Of a DNA stretch of 64,000 nucleotides, positions 43,705 through 53,695 are shown piece after piece. A program made the position numbers and the translations under genes. The stretch comes from a virus. Under the pieces are notes generated by a model. That model made no database searches, was not told the origin of the DNA, and worked only from the letters and a program-made list of their open reading frames with translations. Position 1 is the stretch's first letter; each line of letters begins with the position of its first letter. The stretch lies in IMG/VR virus record IMGVR_UViG_3300008108_000039, positions 1 through 64,000 of that record; one strand, given 5' to 3'.

Positions 43705-44516
43705 TAGATTATTTCATTTAATTTAAATATTTCTGTAATGCTATCAATTATATTTTGTTCGTAATCAACATAATTAAGAGCTAATTTATAATTATCATTA
43801 ATAATATCTAAACGTTCATTGTAATAATTTTCATCTAGTTGATTTACTTTAACTATCAATTCATCAATATTATTAAATATAATAATTCCTTCTGGCCTAA
43901 AAAAATTAGATATTGATGTACATCCCCAATATACCGGAATGGTTTTTAATAAAAAACAGTCTAATATTTTTTCTGTAAAGTATCCATTATGTGAAGTATT
44001 TTCTATAGCTACTCCAAACATTGAATTACCAAATACTTCTTCTTTACCTATTCTAGCTTTTTCAATATTGTGTCTATCTCCATATGTAGCATAAAAATTA
44101 GTAGGTATTTTTATTTCATTTTTTCTATCTAATAATTCGTGTCTTAATGATTGACCGTGTGTTTTCAATAAAGTGCCTCTTAAATGAGATAACTCAAAAC
44201 GTTTTTCATGTGGTTGTTCATATTGAAAAGGTTTAAACCAAGTATGTCCAAAAGGTAAAAACACAGCATTTTCACAATTGTTTATTACCTTATCATCCCA
44301 TGTTAATATACATGAAAATAAATGTTTATTGGTAATAGCCCAATCATGTAATCCAAAATATTCATTTGGTTCCTGAAGTACTAATACATTAATATCAGAT
44401 AATTCTTCTGATTTTTCAGGTATAGCATCTACAAATAAAGAAAAATCTATATGTTCAAGATGTGATAATTTTTTTCTGAATATTTCTATATCGAAGTAAT
44501 TAACTTTTAATTTCAT
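43704..44516 (-). CDS. GT10 (fucosyltransferase-like) glycosyltransferase
   Basis: AIEN..GYFTEKILDCF..TIPVYWG. Confidence 0.8.
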   Translation of the reverse strand: MKLKVNYFDIEIFRKKLSHLEHIDFSLFVDAIPEKSEELSDINVLVLQEPNEYFGLHDWAITNKHLFSCILTWDDKVINNCENAVFLPFGHTWFKPFQYEQPHEKRFELSHLRGTLLKTHGQSLRHELLDRKNEIKIPTNFYATYGDRHNIEKARIGKEEVFGNSMFGVAIENTSHNGYFTEKILDCFLLKTIPVYWGCTSISNFFRPEGIIIFNNIDELIVKVNQLDENYYNERLDIINDNYKLALNYVDYEQNIIDSITEIFKLNEII

Positions 44517-45139
44517 AATGTGCTATAATAATTGTTTTGTTTTTCTTGTCTTTCTATTGTTTTAGGATGGATTAAACATAATTCATCAAGTGGGGGAAAA
44601 CTAGTTAGTAAATTATATCCTTGCAACACTTCATGTACTTTATTTTTCCAAGTTATATTTCCATTATTTTTCCAAATGCGCCACTGAAAGTCAGGAAAGT
44701 TTACTCTATTATTTTCTACTATCCATCCCCATTTTTGGATATGTTCTTTAGTTAAACCTTCTACTGTATTAATTCTAGGGACTAAAAAAACATCTGTATC
44801 AGAATTATGTTCTAATATAATAGGTAAATTTACTATTAAATCAACATGAGGATATTCATCTGCATCAATTTGGAATATATAATCTCTAGTACAATGTTTA
44901 CTTAAATTGTTTTTAAATAAAGCAAAATCATTATTTAATGGATACCATATTCTATGATATTCATAAGATGTATTAACATTATATTTTTCTGCTACTAGTT
45001 TTACTTCTGATGTAGCTGTAGTATCTAATTGGACTACAATTTCATCTTCAGGACGAATATATTTGTTTAATAAATCTAATAAACGTTCTAATTCAACATG
45101 TTCATTACATGCTGTAATCGCATAACTAATTGAAGGCAT
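44513..45139 (-). CDS. GT2-family glycosyltransferase
   Basis: IFQIDADE, FPDFQWR, VHE. Confidence 0.85.
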   Translation of the reverse strand: MPSISYAITACNEHVELERLLDLLNKYIRPEDEIVVQLDTTATSEVKLVAEKYNVNTSYEYHRIWYPLNNDFALFKNNLSKHCTRDYIFQIDADEYPHVDLIVNLPIILEHNSDTDVFLVPRINTVEGLTKEHIQKWGWIVENNRVNFPDFQWRIWKNNGNITWKNKVHEVLQGYNLLTSFPPLDELCLIHPKTIERQEKQNNYYSTL

Positions 45140-45143
45140 AACA

Positions 45144-45536
45144 TTATATTTGATTGAAATATCCTATATATTCAAGAGCATCCATAAATTCATTTTGCTC
45201 ATATTCTTTTTTAGTTGTCATATCTGCTTTTCCATCTCGGGCTTGTACAGCAGACCATTTCCAATCATCTACTGATGTTCCCTCAGCAAATACCATTGAT
45301 TTATCTTCTAACATTACACTATTGGGATACCAATATTTACCCTCTCCATCTTTATACCTTAAAGCTATATATAATTCAGGTAGAGCAAATTCCATTTCTT
45401 CAACATTTTTATCTGTAATGGTATTATTGGAAGTAAATCCACATCCCATACAAATCCAAATAATTACTCTACCATCTGTTATTTCGCTACAGGCGTTTCC
45501 ACCACATTTAGCACATGTTATAAGTGATTCTTTCAT
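45144..45536 (-). CDS. Zn-ribbon hypothetical protein
   Basis: CAKCGG..CMGCGF. Confidence 0.7.
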   Translation of the reverse strand: MKESLITCAKCGGNACSEITDGRVIIWICMGCGFTSNNTITDKNVEEMEFALPELYIALRYKDGEGKYWYPNSVMLEDKSMVFAEGTSVDDWKWSAVQARDGKADMTTKKEYEQNEFMDALEYIGYFNQI

Positions 45537-45592
45537 AATTTAATGTGTTATTTTGAAAAATATATATTACTCCACCTGTATTATTTGTCATT

Positions 45593-45907
45593 CTAGTATA
45601 TTTGTTTTTCTAAATCATCATTTTCTACGGAATATTGTTTTTTTAAATCTTCTACTATTATTTTATCAATTTTTTCTATAGCTTCTTTTGATAAATTCTT
45701 TCTAGCTATAATATCAAAAGGATTATTTTCAAATTGTAATGACTTAGCAAAGTCATAAGGATCAGTAGGATTTAATATTAAAGCTCTAATAACAGGATTA
45801 CAACTTACTTTATTCTGTACAGCTTCTTCTACTAATTTTTTAAATCTTTTGTTTTGTTGTTTATATTGTTGTCTTTTTTCAATCCAACTTTTAATAAATT
45901 TAAACAT
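45593..45907 (-). CDS. hypothetical protein
   Basis: 104 aa. Confidence 0.65.
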   Translation of the reverse strand: MFKFIKSWIEKRQQYKQQNKRFKKLVEEAVQNKVSCNPVIRALILNPTDPYDFAKSLQFENNPFDIIARKNLSKEAIEKIDKIIVEDLKKQYSVENDDLEKQIY

Positions 45908-45909
45908 TG

Positions 45910-47205
45910 TTATTCAGTTTTTAATTTAGGTAATTCTATTTTCTTTAATTGAGGTAATTTAAATTGAGTTTGTTTTGGGACTTTAGCATCTAAAATAGCA
46001 TCTAATTTTTCAGCCATTTTATCTAAACTAAATTCAGTACGTGAACGATAAGCTTGTCTTTTAGCTCCTTCATTATATTTTTTATAATTTTTATAAATTT
46101 CTTCTAAAGCATCAGATCCTTCTTTTTCACCTACTGTAAACCACTGTGATTCAGATAAAATCATATTTTGTACTACAGCAGAAGGGTGAACTTGAGTTAA
46201 TGCACCTCCTACTAATGGAGTAAAATCAGGATCTAAGAAATCTAAATGAGCACTCCAAGCTGAGGCCAGTACTGGTTTTTGAGATAATGTAGCTTCAAGT
46301 AATGGCCTACCATAACCTTCACCTTTAGTAAATGACACGTGTGTCTTAATTTTAGGATGATTGTACAGTTCATTTATTTCTTCATCACTAAATTCTCCAT
46401 GAAGTAAATAAATTGATGGTAGTTTTCCTTTTACTGAGTTTTGAATAGCTCTAATTTTATCTAACATTTCTTCTCTATCCATAACACATGGAGTTGCAGA
46501 TTGTGTTTTTAAAATTAAAGCAGGTTGTTTAGGTTTATTTTTAAATGTTTCAAGAAATATTCTTACTAATCCAGATACATTTTTTCTATCTTCATTCATT
46601 TCACCTTGCAACCAATGTCCTACAAATAAGAAAGCATATTCTTCAGGAATTTCATCTATAAATTCAAATAATTCTTTATTTTTGAATTCTTCAATTTTTT
46701 TATAAATGTTTGTATTAACACCTTCAAATAATACTTCTACTGGTGCTTTTAATTCTATAAGTGATTCTACTTGTCCTGTTTGTTGATTACGTTTTTCAAA
46801 TTTAGAGTTTTGGAATACTTTTTTAGCATGCTCCGATGATACTAAGGTTAAATTCATTCTATTTACTCCTTCAATCCAACTAGGATCACATAAGGTAGTT
46901 TCAATACCTGCTGTCATACCTATATTAAACTTACCTACCTGTTGAAATTCATTAGGTACTGTTATTTGCATCCAAATATCAGGTTGTTTTGGTAGTTGAT
47001 TATTTACCATAATACATGATGCTATTTTTTCATGATCTGGATTTCCTGGTTTTAAAAAACCAAATGGTGTGTTTCCCCATCTTTGAGGTAATACTTTTAC
47101 ATCATATTTGTTTGTATTAATGATAGATAATACTACATCTCTTGAGCGTGCGCCATATCCACTGAATGTATCAATAGGGCAACTTATAACGAATAATGGT
47201 TTCAT
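45910..47205 (-). CDS. GT4-family glycosyltransferase
   Basis: SGYG, RKN, GEGYGRPLLEA. Confidence 0.88.
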   Translation of the reverse strand: MKPLFVISCPIDTFSGYGARSRDVVLSIINTNKYDVKVLPQRWGNTPFGFLKPGNPDHEKIASCIMVNNQLPKQPDIWMQITVPNEFQQVGKFNIGMTAGIETTLCDPSWIEGVNRMNLTLVSSEHAKKVFQNSKFEKRNQQTGQVESLIELKAPVEVLFEGVNTNIYKKIEEFKNKELFEFIDEIPEEYAFLFVGHWLQGEMNEDRKNVSGLVRIFLETFKNKPKQPALILKTQSATPCVMDREEMLDKIRAIQNSVKGKLPSIYLLHGEFSDEEINELYNHPKIKTHVSFTKGEGYGRPLLEATLSQKPVLASAWSAHLDFLDPDFTPLVGGALTQVHPSAVVQNMILSESQWFTVGEKEGSDALEEIYKNYKKYNEGAKRQAYRSRTEFSLDKMAEKLDAILDAKVPKQTQFKLPQLKKIELPKLKTE

Positions 47206-47206
47206 A

Positions 47207-48667
47207 TTATTTTGCGATAACGTGTTTTACAAAATGTTTTGGTTGTTTAAGTGATTCAACAGGAATAAATTCAAATTGGTATCTTGGTGTCCATTTTTCA
47301 AAAGTTTCATCAATAGCACTAATTACATTTTTAGACATCCATCTAGCTGATTCCATTGATTCATCTGATGTAACCCATTCACGAGCAGCTTTACATTGTT
47401 CCTCATATACTTCAGGAGTTTCTATTTTAGTTTTATATAAAGCCATTATTTGATCAGCTATATCAAATGGTTCAGCTCTATCATCGAATATATAAGGTGT
47501 AGGAGGAGAACCAACTAAAGATAAATTAGATGGAAATACGGGATAAGCCCATTTACCATGTTTTTTATATTTGCCTCTATGATTTGAACCAAATTCTTCT
47601 GTAAATTGAATCCATTTACCATTTTCATCTTCAAAACGCATTTGATCTTGCATACCACCTGTTACAGTAGCAATAATTGGTTTTCCACACATCATTGCTT
47701 CAGTTAATGATAATCCCCAACCTTCATTAGATGAAACTAAGGCACAACCATCAGTAGCATTATAAAGTAAATTCATAATATTAGCTGGATATCTTCCTTG
47801 GTCAAATATAATTTGAGCTCGTTCATCATATCCAAATAGATTATCTTTTACGGCTTGTAAATCAGTTCCATTATCATCTACTACTTGGGTATGGAGTACT
47901 AAAGCACATTTTTTAGCTTGTTCATCTGTTAATTTGTCAATGAATATCTTCCAAGCTAATACTAGATCAGGTACAGATTTACGGCGGATGTTACGCGCAT
48001 TATATAGTAGAGTAAAATCATACTTTTTTTCTCCATACAATTGCTTTTTAAATTCTTCCAAAGTTAAATACTCAGTTTTATCTTTAGTAATAGGAAAAAA
48101 TATTTCTTCATTAATTCCGTGAGGAACATATTTAATTACTTTTTCAGCTGATAATTCAACTCCTAATACCGATCTATTTATGTTTTCTGTTTGTTTACTA
48201 ATTGCAAGTAAGGCATCACATGATTCATAAAATGATTTATTATACATTGGGTAAGGTAAATCATCCCAAATATTTAAATAAATAATAGGTATTTGTTTTC
48301 TAATCTCATACTCCATTTGAAATAACCAAATCCAATATCTAGGATCAGTAAACATCATAATAGCATCGGGACGTTCCATTTGTATTAGTTGTCTAACAAT
48401 TTCTGGGCTGCCATAACCATCTGTAGGATATAAAAATACACTAGCATCTTCAATACTAGCTATTTTATTGGTGTCTGCGTTTAGATCAAATTTTTGACCT
48501 TTATCAGGGTGAGTAATAGCACCTCCTAAATTTACCCAATTATAGTGATGTGCTGTACCTAAAACGATTTCTCTAGCCATAGTGGAAACACCACTTGTCA
48601 TTCGGATATCGTCACATAGTAATAGGATTTTTTTGCGTTGAGCTTGTGGAATATAACCTTCTTTCAT
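47207..48667 (-). CDS. GT4-family glycosyltransferase
   Basis: VPHG, RNIRRK, NEGWGLSLTEAM. Confidence 0.88.
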   Translation of the reverse strand: MKEGYIPQAQRKKILLLCDDIRMTSGVSTMAREIVLGTAHHYNWVNLGGAITHPDKGQKFDLNADTNKIASIEDASVFLYPTDGYGSPEIVRQLIQMERPDAIMMFTDPRYWIWLFQMEYEIRKQIPIIYLNIWDDLPYPMYNKSFYESCDALLAISKQTENINRSVLGVELSAEKVIKYVPHGINEEIFFPITKDKTEYLTLEEFKKQLYGEKKYDFTLLYNARNIRRKSVPDLVLAWKIFIDKLTDEQAKKCALVLHTQVVDDNGTDLQAVKDNLFGYDERAQIIFDQGRYPANIMNLLYNATDGCALVSSNEGWGLSLTEAMMCGKPIIATVTGGMQDQMRFEDENGKWIQFTEEFGSNHRGKYKKHGKWAYPVFPSNLSLVGSPPTPYIFDDRAEPFDIADQIMALYKTKIETPEVYEEQCKAAREWVTSDESMESARWMSKNVISAIDETFEKWTPRYQFEFIPVESLKQPKHFVKHVIAK

Positions 48668-48674
48668 AACGTTA

Positions 48675-48875
48675 TTATTCTGTTTCTTTTTTTAATGTTG
48701 TGTCTAATTGATTATGGATTTGTTTTCTAAATTCATCATTTGTTAGGTATAAGAACATAGCACGTTCTGTTAATTTTTGAACGCTAAATTTGTACTTAAC
48801 ACAGGCAATTTTGAATTGTTCAAACAAATCCTCAGGGATTTTTACACTTGTAAGTTGCATGTTTGATTTTGCCAT
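48675..48875 (-). CDS. ribbon-helix-helix DNA-binding protein
   Basis: LTSVKIPEDLFEQFK beta-alpha-alpha pattern. Confidence 0.65.
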   Translation of the reverse strand: MAKSNMQLTSVKIPEDLFEQFKIACVKYKFSVQKLTERAMFLYLTNDEFRKQIHNQLDTTLKKETE

Positions 48876-48904
48876 AATATATTATTTGATATAAATATAT
48901 ACAA

Positions 48905-49849
48905 CTATACTAAAACTGCAACTTTATCACAAAGATCTGGCTTGTCTCTGTAGGGACACCATTTGCAACTACTTTCACCTACATTTTTAAGATACGACTT
49001 TATTTGAGGTTTACCAACTTCATTAAAACAATCTTTAATAAAAGATTGGAAATTATCTATTGTTTGTTTACGTTTATTTTTTCCACTTGCTGGTTTGAAA
49101 GATTGTACTCTTGGAATAGCATATTCGGATTGCTCCCAGATTTTTCGTTTAACAATAAAGAATTCAACTTCAATTTTTTCCACATCAACATTAAATTGTT
49201 GCGCAAAAAACTGCTTGTATAACAATACTTGAGCGATTTTAGAATTATCTCTTTTGTCATTATCTGACCATCCTCTGGTAGATGTTTTGATGTCATATAT
49301 ATAAATTTTATCTAATTCTTCATCATATAATACAAAATCAATAAATCCTTTTAAATAAATATTATTACCCACATTTACTAATAAAGGCATTTCTATACCT
49401 AGTAATTTTACTTTACGTATAGTAAATAATTTATTTCTGTTTTTCTTAATCCAATCTAATATAGCAACAGCATCTTCAAAAAATTCTCCCATTTGAACAG
49501 GATCACTAAAATGAGTACCTACTGCTTTATATTCTTTAGAATAAATTGTTGAAAATTTTTCCTTAAACAGTTTAATTAGATCCATTCTATCAGCAGCTGC
49601 TCCACTCTCATTGTACATTATTGTAATGTAGTCTTGTAATGTTTCATGAAATGCTGTACCAAATACAGTATGTATACTTGCTTGATATGGTTGTTTATTT
49701 TCTACATAGGTAAGATACCATTGATGTGGACATTTATTCCATATTGAATATTGAGAATAAGAAACACTACGTTGATATTCATAGTTTATTTCTGATGGTT
49801 TATAATTCTTAATTTTAACTTCAACCTCAGATAATTTTTTCTTAGCCAT
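48905..49849 (-). CDS. PD-(D/E)XK (Cas4/RecB-like) exonuclease
   Basis: SYSQ..CP, FGTAFHE, GFIDFV..DIKT, Q..LY, CKWCPY..C Fe-S ligands. Confidence 0.85.
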   Translation of the reverse strand: MAKKKLSEVEVKIKNYKPSEINYEYQRSVSYSQYSIWNKCPHQWYLTYVENKQPYQASIHTVFGTAFHETLQDYITIMYNESGAAADRMDLIKLFKEKFSTIYSKEYKAVGTHFSDPVQMGEFFEDAVAILDWIKKNRNKLFTIRKVKLLGIEMPLLVNVGNNIYLKGFIDFVLYDEELDKIYIYDIKTSTRGWSDNDKRDNSKIAQVLLYKQFFAQQFNVDVEKIEVEFFIVKRKIWEQSEYAIPRVQSFKPASGKNKRKQTIDNFQSFIKDCFNEVGKPQIKSYLKNVGESSCKWCPYRDKPDLCDKVAVLV

Positions 49850-50129
49850 ATATTTTCCTAATTGCTTTACCTAATTCTTGATCATTAGGATATTGTTTAA
49901 CTAAATCTTGAACAGTGTTAAGAGTAGTAATTTCTTTTTTTAAATATTGAGCTAAGTCAAGTGCTTCTTCATAAGCATGTTGAAGCATATTTTGATGATT
50001 ATTTTGTTCTAATGTAGTATTATACTTTTTTAACCCACGATCTGCTCTTAAAGCAAGATCTTTCATTACTGAAGTTGTAATCTTATCATCCGGGGTACAT
50101 ATAAGATTAAGTGATGTTATTGTATTCAT
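49842..50129 (-). CDS. all-alpha NTP pyrophosphohydrolase-like small protein
   Basis: GLKKYNTTL..HAYEEALDLAQYL. Confidence 0.55.
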   Translation of the reverse strand: MNTITSLNLICTPDDKITTSVMKDLALRADRGLKKYNTTLEQNNHQNMLQHAYEEALDLAQYLKKEITTLNTVQDLVKQYPNDQELGKAIRKIYG

Positions 50130-50689
50130 AATAAATTAAATTTTAATATTTCTTTGATTGCTTGTTTTCCATCTTCATTTATTTGTCTAGTACCTACACC
50201 TGCAAAATTCTTTGGCAATGAAGGGATAATGTATATTGGGAGGAATTTTTTTACAAGATATGAATACACATACCATTGTTTAAAATTTTGTTCATATAAA
50301 TAAACTGATTTATTGTTGTTTATAGCCATTTGAACTGCCCATCCAGTTCCACCATCTACTAATTTATCTGATCCTATAACTAAACGTCCAACAGCATATA
50401 TTGCTTCTGCATTTTTTACTTGAAACCAATTTCTACACAATAAATTTCTAACGTAAGGGTTATATTTAATTTTATATAACGGACGTTTAATTGGTTTTTC
50501 ACATAATAATACTTGTTGCCATCCTTCTTCTAATTGTTCAGATGTTAATACTACTGGATTTTCTCCATATTGGGTATGGCCTTGAAAAGAATATGCTATG
50601 GTTTTTACTTTATATTCTTTTAATTGATTTTCCCATTCCATATCAGAACCGGGGCATCCTCCACTATGACAAATATAAGTTTTATCCAT
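50126..50689 (-). CDS. SLOG-superfamily (Smf/DprA/YspA-like) nucleotide-binding protein
   Basis: HSGGCPGSD, RN, GGTGWAVQMA, FAGVGTR. Confidence 0.7.
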   Translation of the reverse strand: MDKTYICHSGGCPGSDMEWENQLKEYKVKTIAYSFQGHTQYGENPVVLTSEQLEEGWQQVLLCEKPIKRPLYKIKYNPYVRNLLCRNWFQVKNAEAIYAVGRLVIGSDKLVDGGTGWAVQMAINNNKSVYLYEQNFKQWYVYSYLVKKFLPIYIIPSLPKNFAGVGTRQINEDGKQAIKEILKFNLL

Positions 50690-51071
50690 TAATTTGAGAT
50701 GTTATATTTTCAACTTCATTTTTAGAAAGCATTCTGATGTATTCTTTAGCTTCTTTTTTAGATACTTCAAAATAAGTAGCTACTGCTTTTACTTCATCAA
50801 CATCATAATCTTCTTTTTTAGAGGCTTTAATATACTTTAAATATTTGTATTGTTTAGGAATAAGATCTTTATATAGATTATAAAGATACTCTCCTTTCAT
50901 TTGCCAAGTATTCTTTTGTACTATATTAACTACCTCACAGTAATCAGGGTCCATACTAAGTATTCTATTACACATCCAGTTATTGAAACTATTTTTTTCT
51001 TCTTCAGGAATATATTTCCACTCTTCTTTAGTTAATGTTATTCTTTTTATAGTATCAAAAATATTAGCCAT
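50682..51071 (-). CDS. clamp loader accessory subunit (T4 gp62-like)
   Basis: FNNWMCNRILSM..LY..IPK..YLKYIK; next to RFC gene. Confidence 0.7.
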   Translation of the reverse strand: MANIFDTIKRITLTKEEWKYIPEEEKNSFNNWMCNRILSMDPDYCEVVNIVQKNTWQMKGEYLYNLYKDLIPKQYKYLKYIKASKKEDYDVDEVKAVATYFEVSKKEAKEYIRMLSKNEVENITSQING

Positions 51072-51326
51072 TTAGTAAAATTTCGTTGTTCCACTATCTT
51101 TAGCTACTTTAAGTTGCATTTTAAGATAATTTACTTCATTTTTTAAATTATAAACATCAATTTGACTTGCTCTTAATTCTTTTTCTATTTCTAATTGATG
51201 AGATTTAATATCAAGAAATACAGTTTCACTTAGATTTCTTTCAATTATTAACTTTTGAATAACACTGTTTAAACGTTCTATCTCACGTTTACGTTTATTA
51301 AATAGATTTGTTAGCATTCTTACCAT
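51072..51326 (-). CDS. coiled-coil hypothetical protein
   Basis: 84 aa. Confidence 0.6.
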   Translation of the reverse strand: MVRMLTNLFNKRKREIERLNSVIQKLIIERNLSETVFLDIKSHQLEIEKELRASQIDVYNLKNEVNYLKMQLKVAKDSGTTKFY

Positions 51327-51540
51327 AGAATTGTTTTAAAGGTGCTTGAATAAATTCTTCAAGTAATACTCCACATTTGTCACAAGCGATTAATTGAATA
51401 GGAACTATTCTATCTTCAGGTAAACCTGATATTAATCTAGATTCTTTACGAATATACATTACATCTTTAAATGTAGGATTACCGCACTCGCATATTAAGG
51501 GAGTTGTAGCTGTTATATTAAGCTGTTGTGGTTGATTCAT
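51298..51540 (-). CDS. Zn-ribbon protein
   Basis: CECG..CDKCG. Confidence 0.7.
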   Translation of the reverse strand: MNQPQQLNITATTPLICECGNPTFKDVMYIRKESRLISGLPEDRIVPIQLIACDKCGVLLEEFIQAPLKQFYGKNANKSI

Positions 51541-52461
51541 TATAATATTTGTTTTTTAGTTGTTTCTAATATTTTAGCTATACAAGCAGCAAAGTTTATT
51601 TCTTTATCTGGCACTACACCTGCTCGCCAAATAAAATCATCTAATATAACTGATAGTTGGGCATCATTTCCATAACTAAATTCAGATAAATTATCAAACA
51701 TATAGCGATAAGCTGTTTGAAAGTCGTCAACTTGCGCGTCAGCTACAAGTTGGCGGATTTGGTACCAAGCATTTTTCTCGCGTTGTTTTAGTATTTGAAC
51801 TAATGGTTTACACCAATTATCATCTAATTTATCAACTACTAATATAGTTTCTCCTGATAATGGATCAAGTATAGAGTTTTGTTGTAATATTTTAATAATT
51901 GATCTTACATCAGGATAAAATGTATTTACTACCTGAGCAATATCTTCCATCTTATACATTATTTTTTCAACATCTAAAATGTTGGTGCAAATATGTTTTG
52001 CAACAGCACCTTTAGATGGTGGTTTTAATATATGAATCTCACAACGTGATTGAAGTGGTTCAATCAATCGTTCAATATAATTACACGTTAATATAAAACG
52101 AGTATATGCTGAGTATTCTTCAATTAGATTACGTAATGCTGCTTGAGCGGGTTGTGTTAAAAAATCAGCTTCATCTAATATAACAACTTTAAGTGGTTGA
52201 AATGATGACTTTATCCCTAATAACATCAATCCCATTTTCATCACTAGCGTTAAGATAGAGATAATCACATTTGATATTTTTAACAATTAATTTAGCTAAT
52301 GTTGTTTTACCTGTTCCTGCTGTGCCACTAAATATAAAATGGGGTATATCATTAGTAGCAATACAAGCAGCAATACGAGCTTTAATATCATCGTTACCTA
52401 TATATTGTTCTAATGTTTGGCTACGAAACTTTTCAATCCACAGTGTATGTTCTCTTTTCAT
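51540..52461 (-). pseudogene. clamp loader ATPase (RFC small / T4 gp44-like), split by frameshifting deletion near 52207
   Basis: N-part W.EKFR, GTAGTGKTT, NASDENGID in 52189..52461; C-part VILDEAD, AQAALR, SRC in other frame. Confidence 0.85.
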
Positions 52462-52467
52462 AACTTA

Positions 52468-52489
52468 AATATATAATTTTTATTTTGAC
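52468..52489 (-). promoter_or_regulatory. phage promoter motif GKCAAAAT-N-TAYATT
   Basis: GTCAAAATAAAAATTATATATT. Confidence 0.65.
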
Positions 52490-52493
52490 AATT

Positions 52494-53057
52494 CTAATAC
52501 TTAGATGACTTTTCTAAATTATCCTTCCACCATAGTGGTTGAAGATTAGTATAATGAAAGCATTGTTTTTGTTGCTCATAATCAGATAAATCAAATGATA
52601 CACATGGTCTAATATGATCTATATGCCATCCCTTTCTACCATAATTTTCCCAATTCATACCTTCAGTAAATTTGGAAGCAATATGTTGTTTAAATTTTTC
52701 CATACTACATCCCAACATATCCATTGTTTTAGCACCTTTAGAATTAGTATGAAGAGCAGCTCTTAAACGTTCTCTTAGGTTATGTGCTATCCTATATTCT
52801 ATATTAGTAGATAATTTTTCTTTAAACCACTCATTCATATACCCCGGACGATCTCTTAACCATTGTTTAACTTGATCGTTTTGTTTTTGTTTAAATTCAG
52901 GATTTTGTTCTTTATATTCTTTAAAATATCTTAATCGTTTTTCTTTATGTTTATGATATGATTTATTATCCATTTTGCTTTTACAAGTAGTACAATAATT
53001 ACTTGTTCTACCTACAGGCAATTCAATTTTACATTTAAAACATTTTTTAACTTCCAT
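52494..53057 (-). CDS. HNH endonuclease
   Basis: GM.WENYG..WHIDHIRP..FHYTNLQPLW..NLEK. Confidence 0.88.
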   Translation of the reverse strand: MEVKKCFKCKIELPVGRTSNYCTTCKSKMDNKSYHKHKEKRLRYFKEYKEQNPEFKQKQNDQVKQWLRDRPGYMNEWFKEKLSTNIEYRIAHNLRERLRAALHTNSKGAKTMDMLGCSMEKFKQHIASKFTEGMNWENYGRKGWHIDHIRPCVSFDLSDYEQQKQCFHYTNLQPLWWKDNLEKSSKY

Positions 53058-53129
53058 ATTATTATCGTTTCCAATAAATATATGAAAGCTAGAAAAATAT
53101 CGAATTATATTAAAAGTTGTTTCATAAAA

Positions 53130-53690
53130 TTATACTACTGTATATTTTGTTTTATTAATACTAATTTCAGATATAGTGTTGTATTTTACGCGACGGATAG
53201 CCTCATATGATTGTCCTTTTTTAGCTTCAACCATATCTTTTACCATTAAATAATCTAATTTTGTATCATTTAAATCTTTTAAATAACGACAAACCATTTT
53301 TCTATTATCTTTATTTAATTTCGTAAATGTAATACTAAAGATTTTGCCTCTACTATTTTCAATTAATTGTTTAGTTGTATTAACATCAATTACACCTCCA
53401 TTAGTAATTTGTACTTTAGTTTTAGTAGATTTTTTAAATGGGGTTGGATTAATAGGATTTTTAGGATCATAATATATTCTATATGAACCATTATCTTCAT
53501 AATTAAATATACCTTGATCAGCAAAAAACGCCATAGTTGTTGAGACTTGTTCTTGAAACCAAGAATAATGAGGATATTTTTTACGAAGTTCCTGTTTAAT
53601 TTCAAGAGTAGTAATAGTGTTATTAGCATGAAGAAGTTCCTTAGCTACTGTTTCAATTAAATCAATTTGATAAGATGTTAAAGTGTTCAT
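53130..53690 (-). CDS. winged-helix + SH3/WYL-like domain protein
   Basis: TITTLEIKQELR; GKIFSITFTK..RKM. Confidence 0.55.
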   Translation of the reverse strand: MNTLTSYQIDLIETVAKELLHANNTITTLEIKQELRKKYPHYSWFQEQVSTTMAFFADQGIFNYEDNGSYRIYYDPKNPINPTPFKKSTKTKVQITNGGVIDVNTTKQLIENSRGKIFSITFTKLNKDNRKMVCRYLKDLNDTKLDYLMVKDMVEAKKGQSYEAIRRVKYNTISEISINKTKYTVV

Positions 53691-53695
53691 ATTGT

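Noticed and set aside
48905-49849. Cas4-like gene as sign of a CRISPR-Cas system
   Set aside because: No repeat-spacer array or other cas genes were seen; solo PD-(D/E)XK exonucleases are common in phage replication modules.
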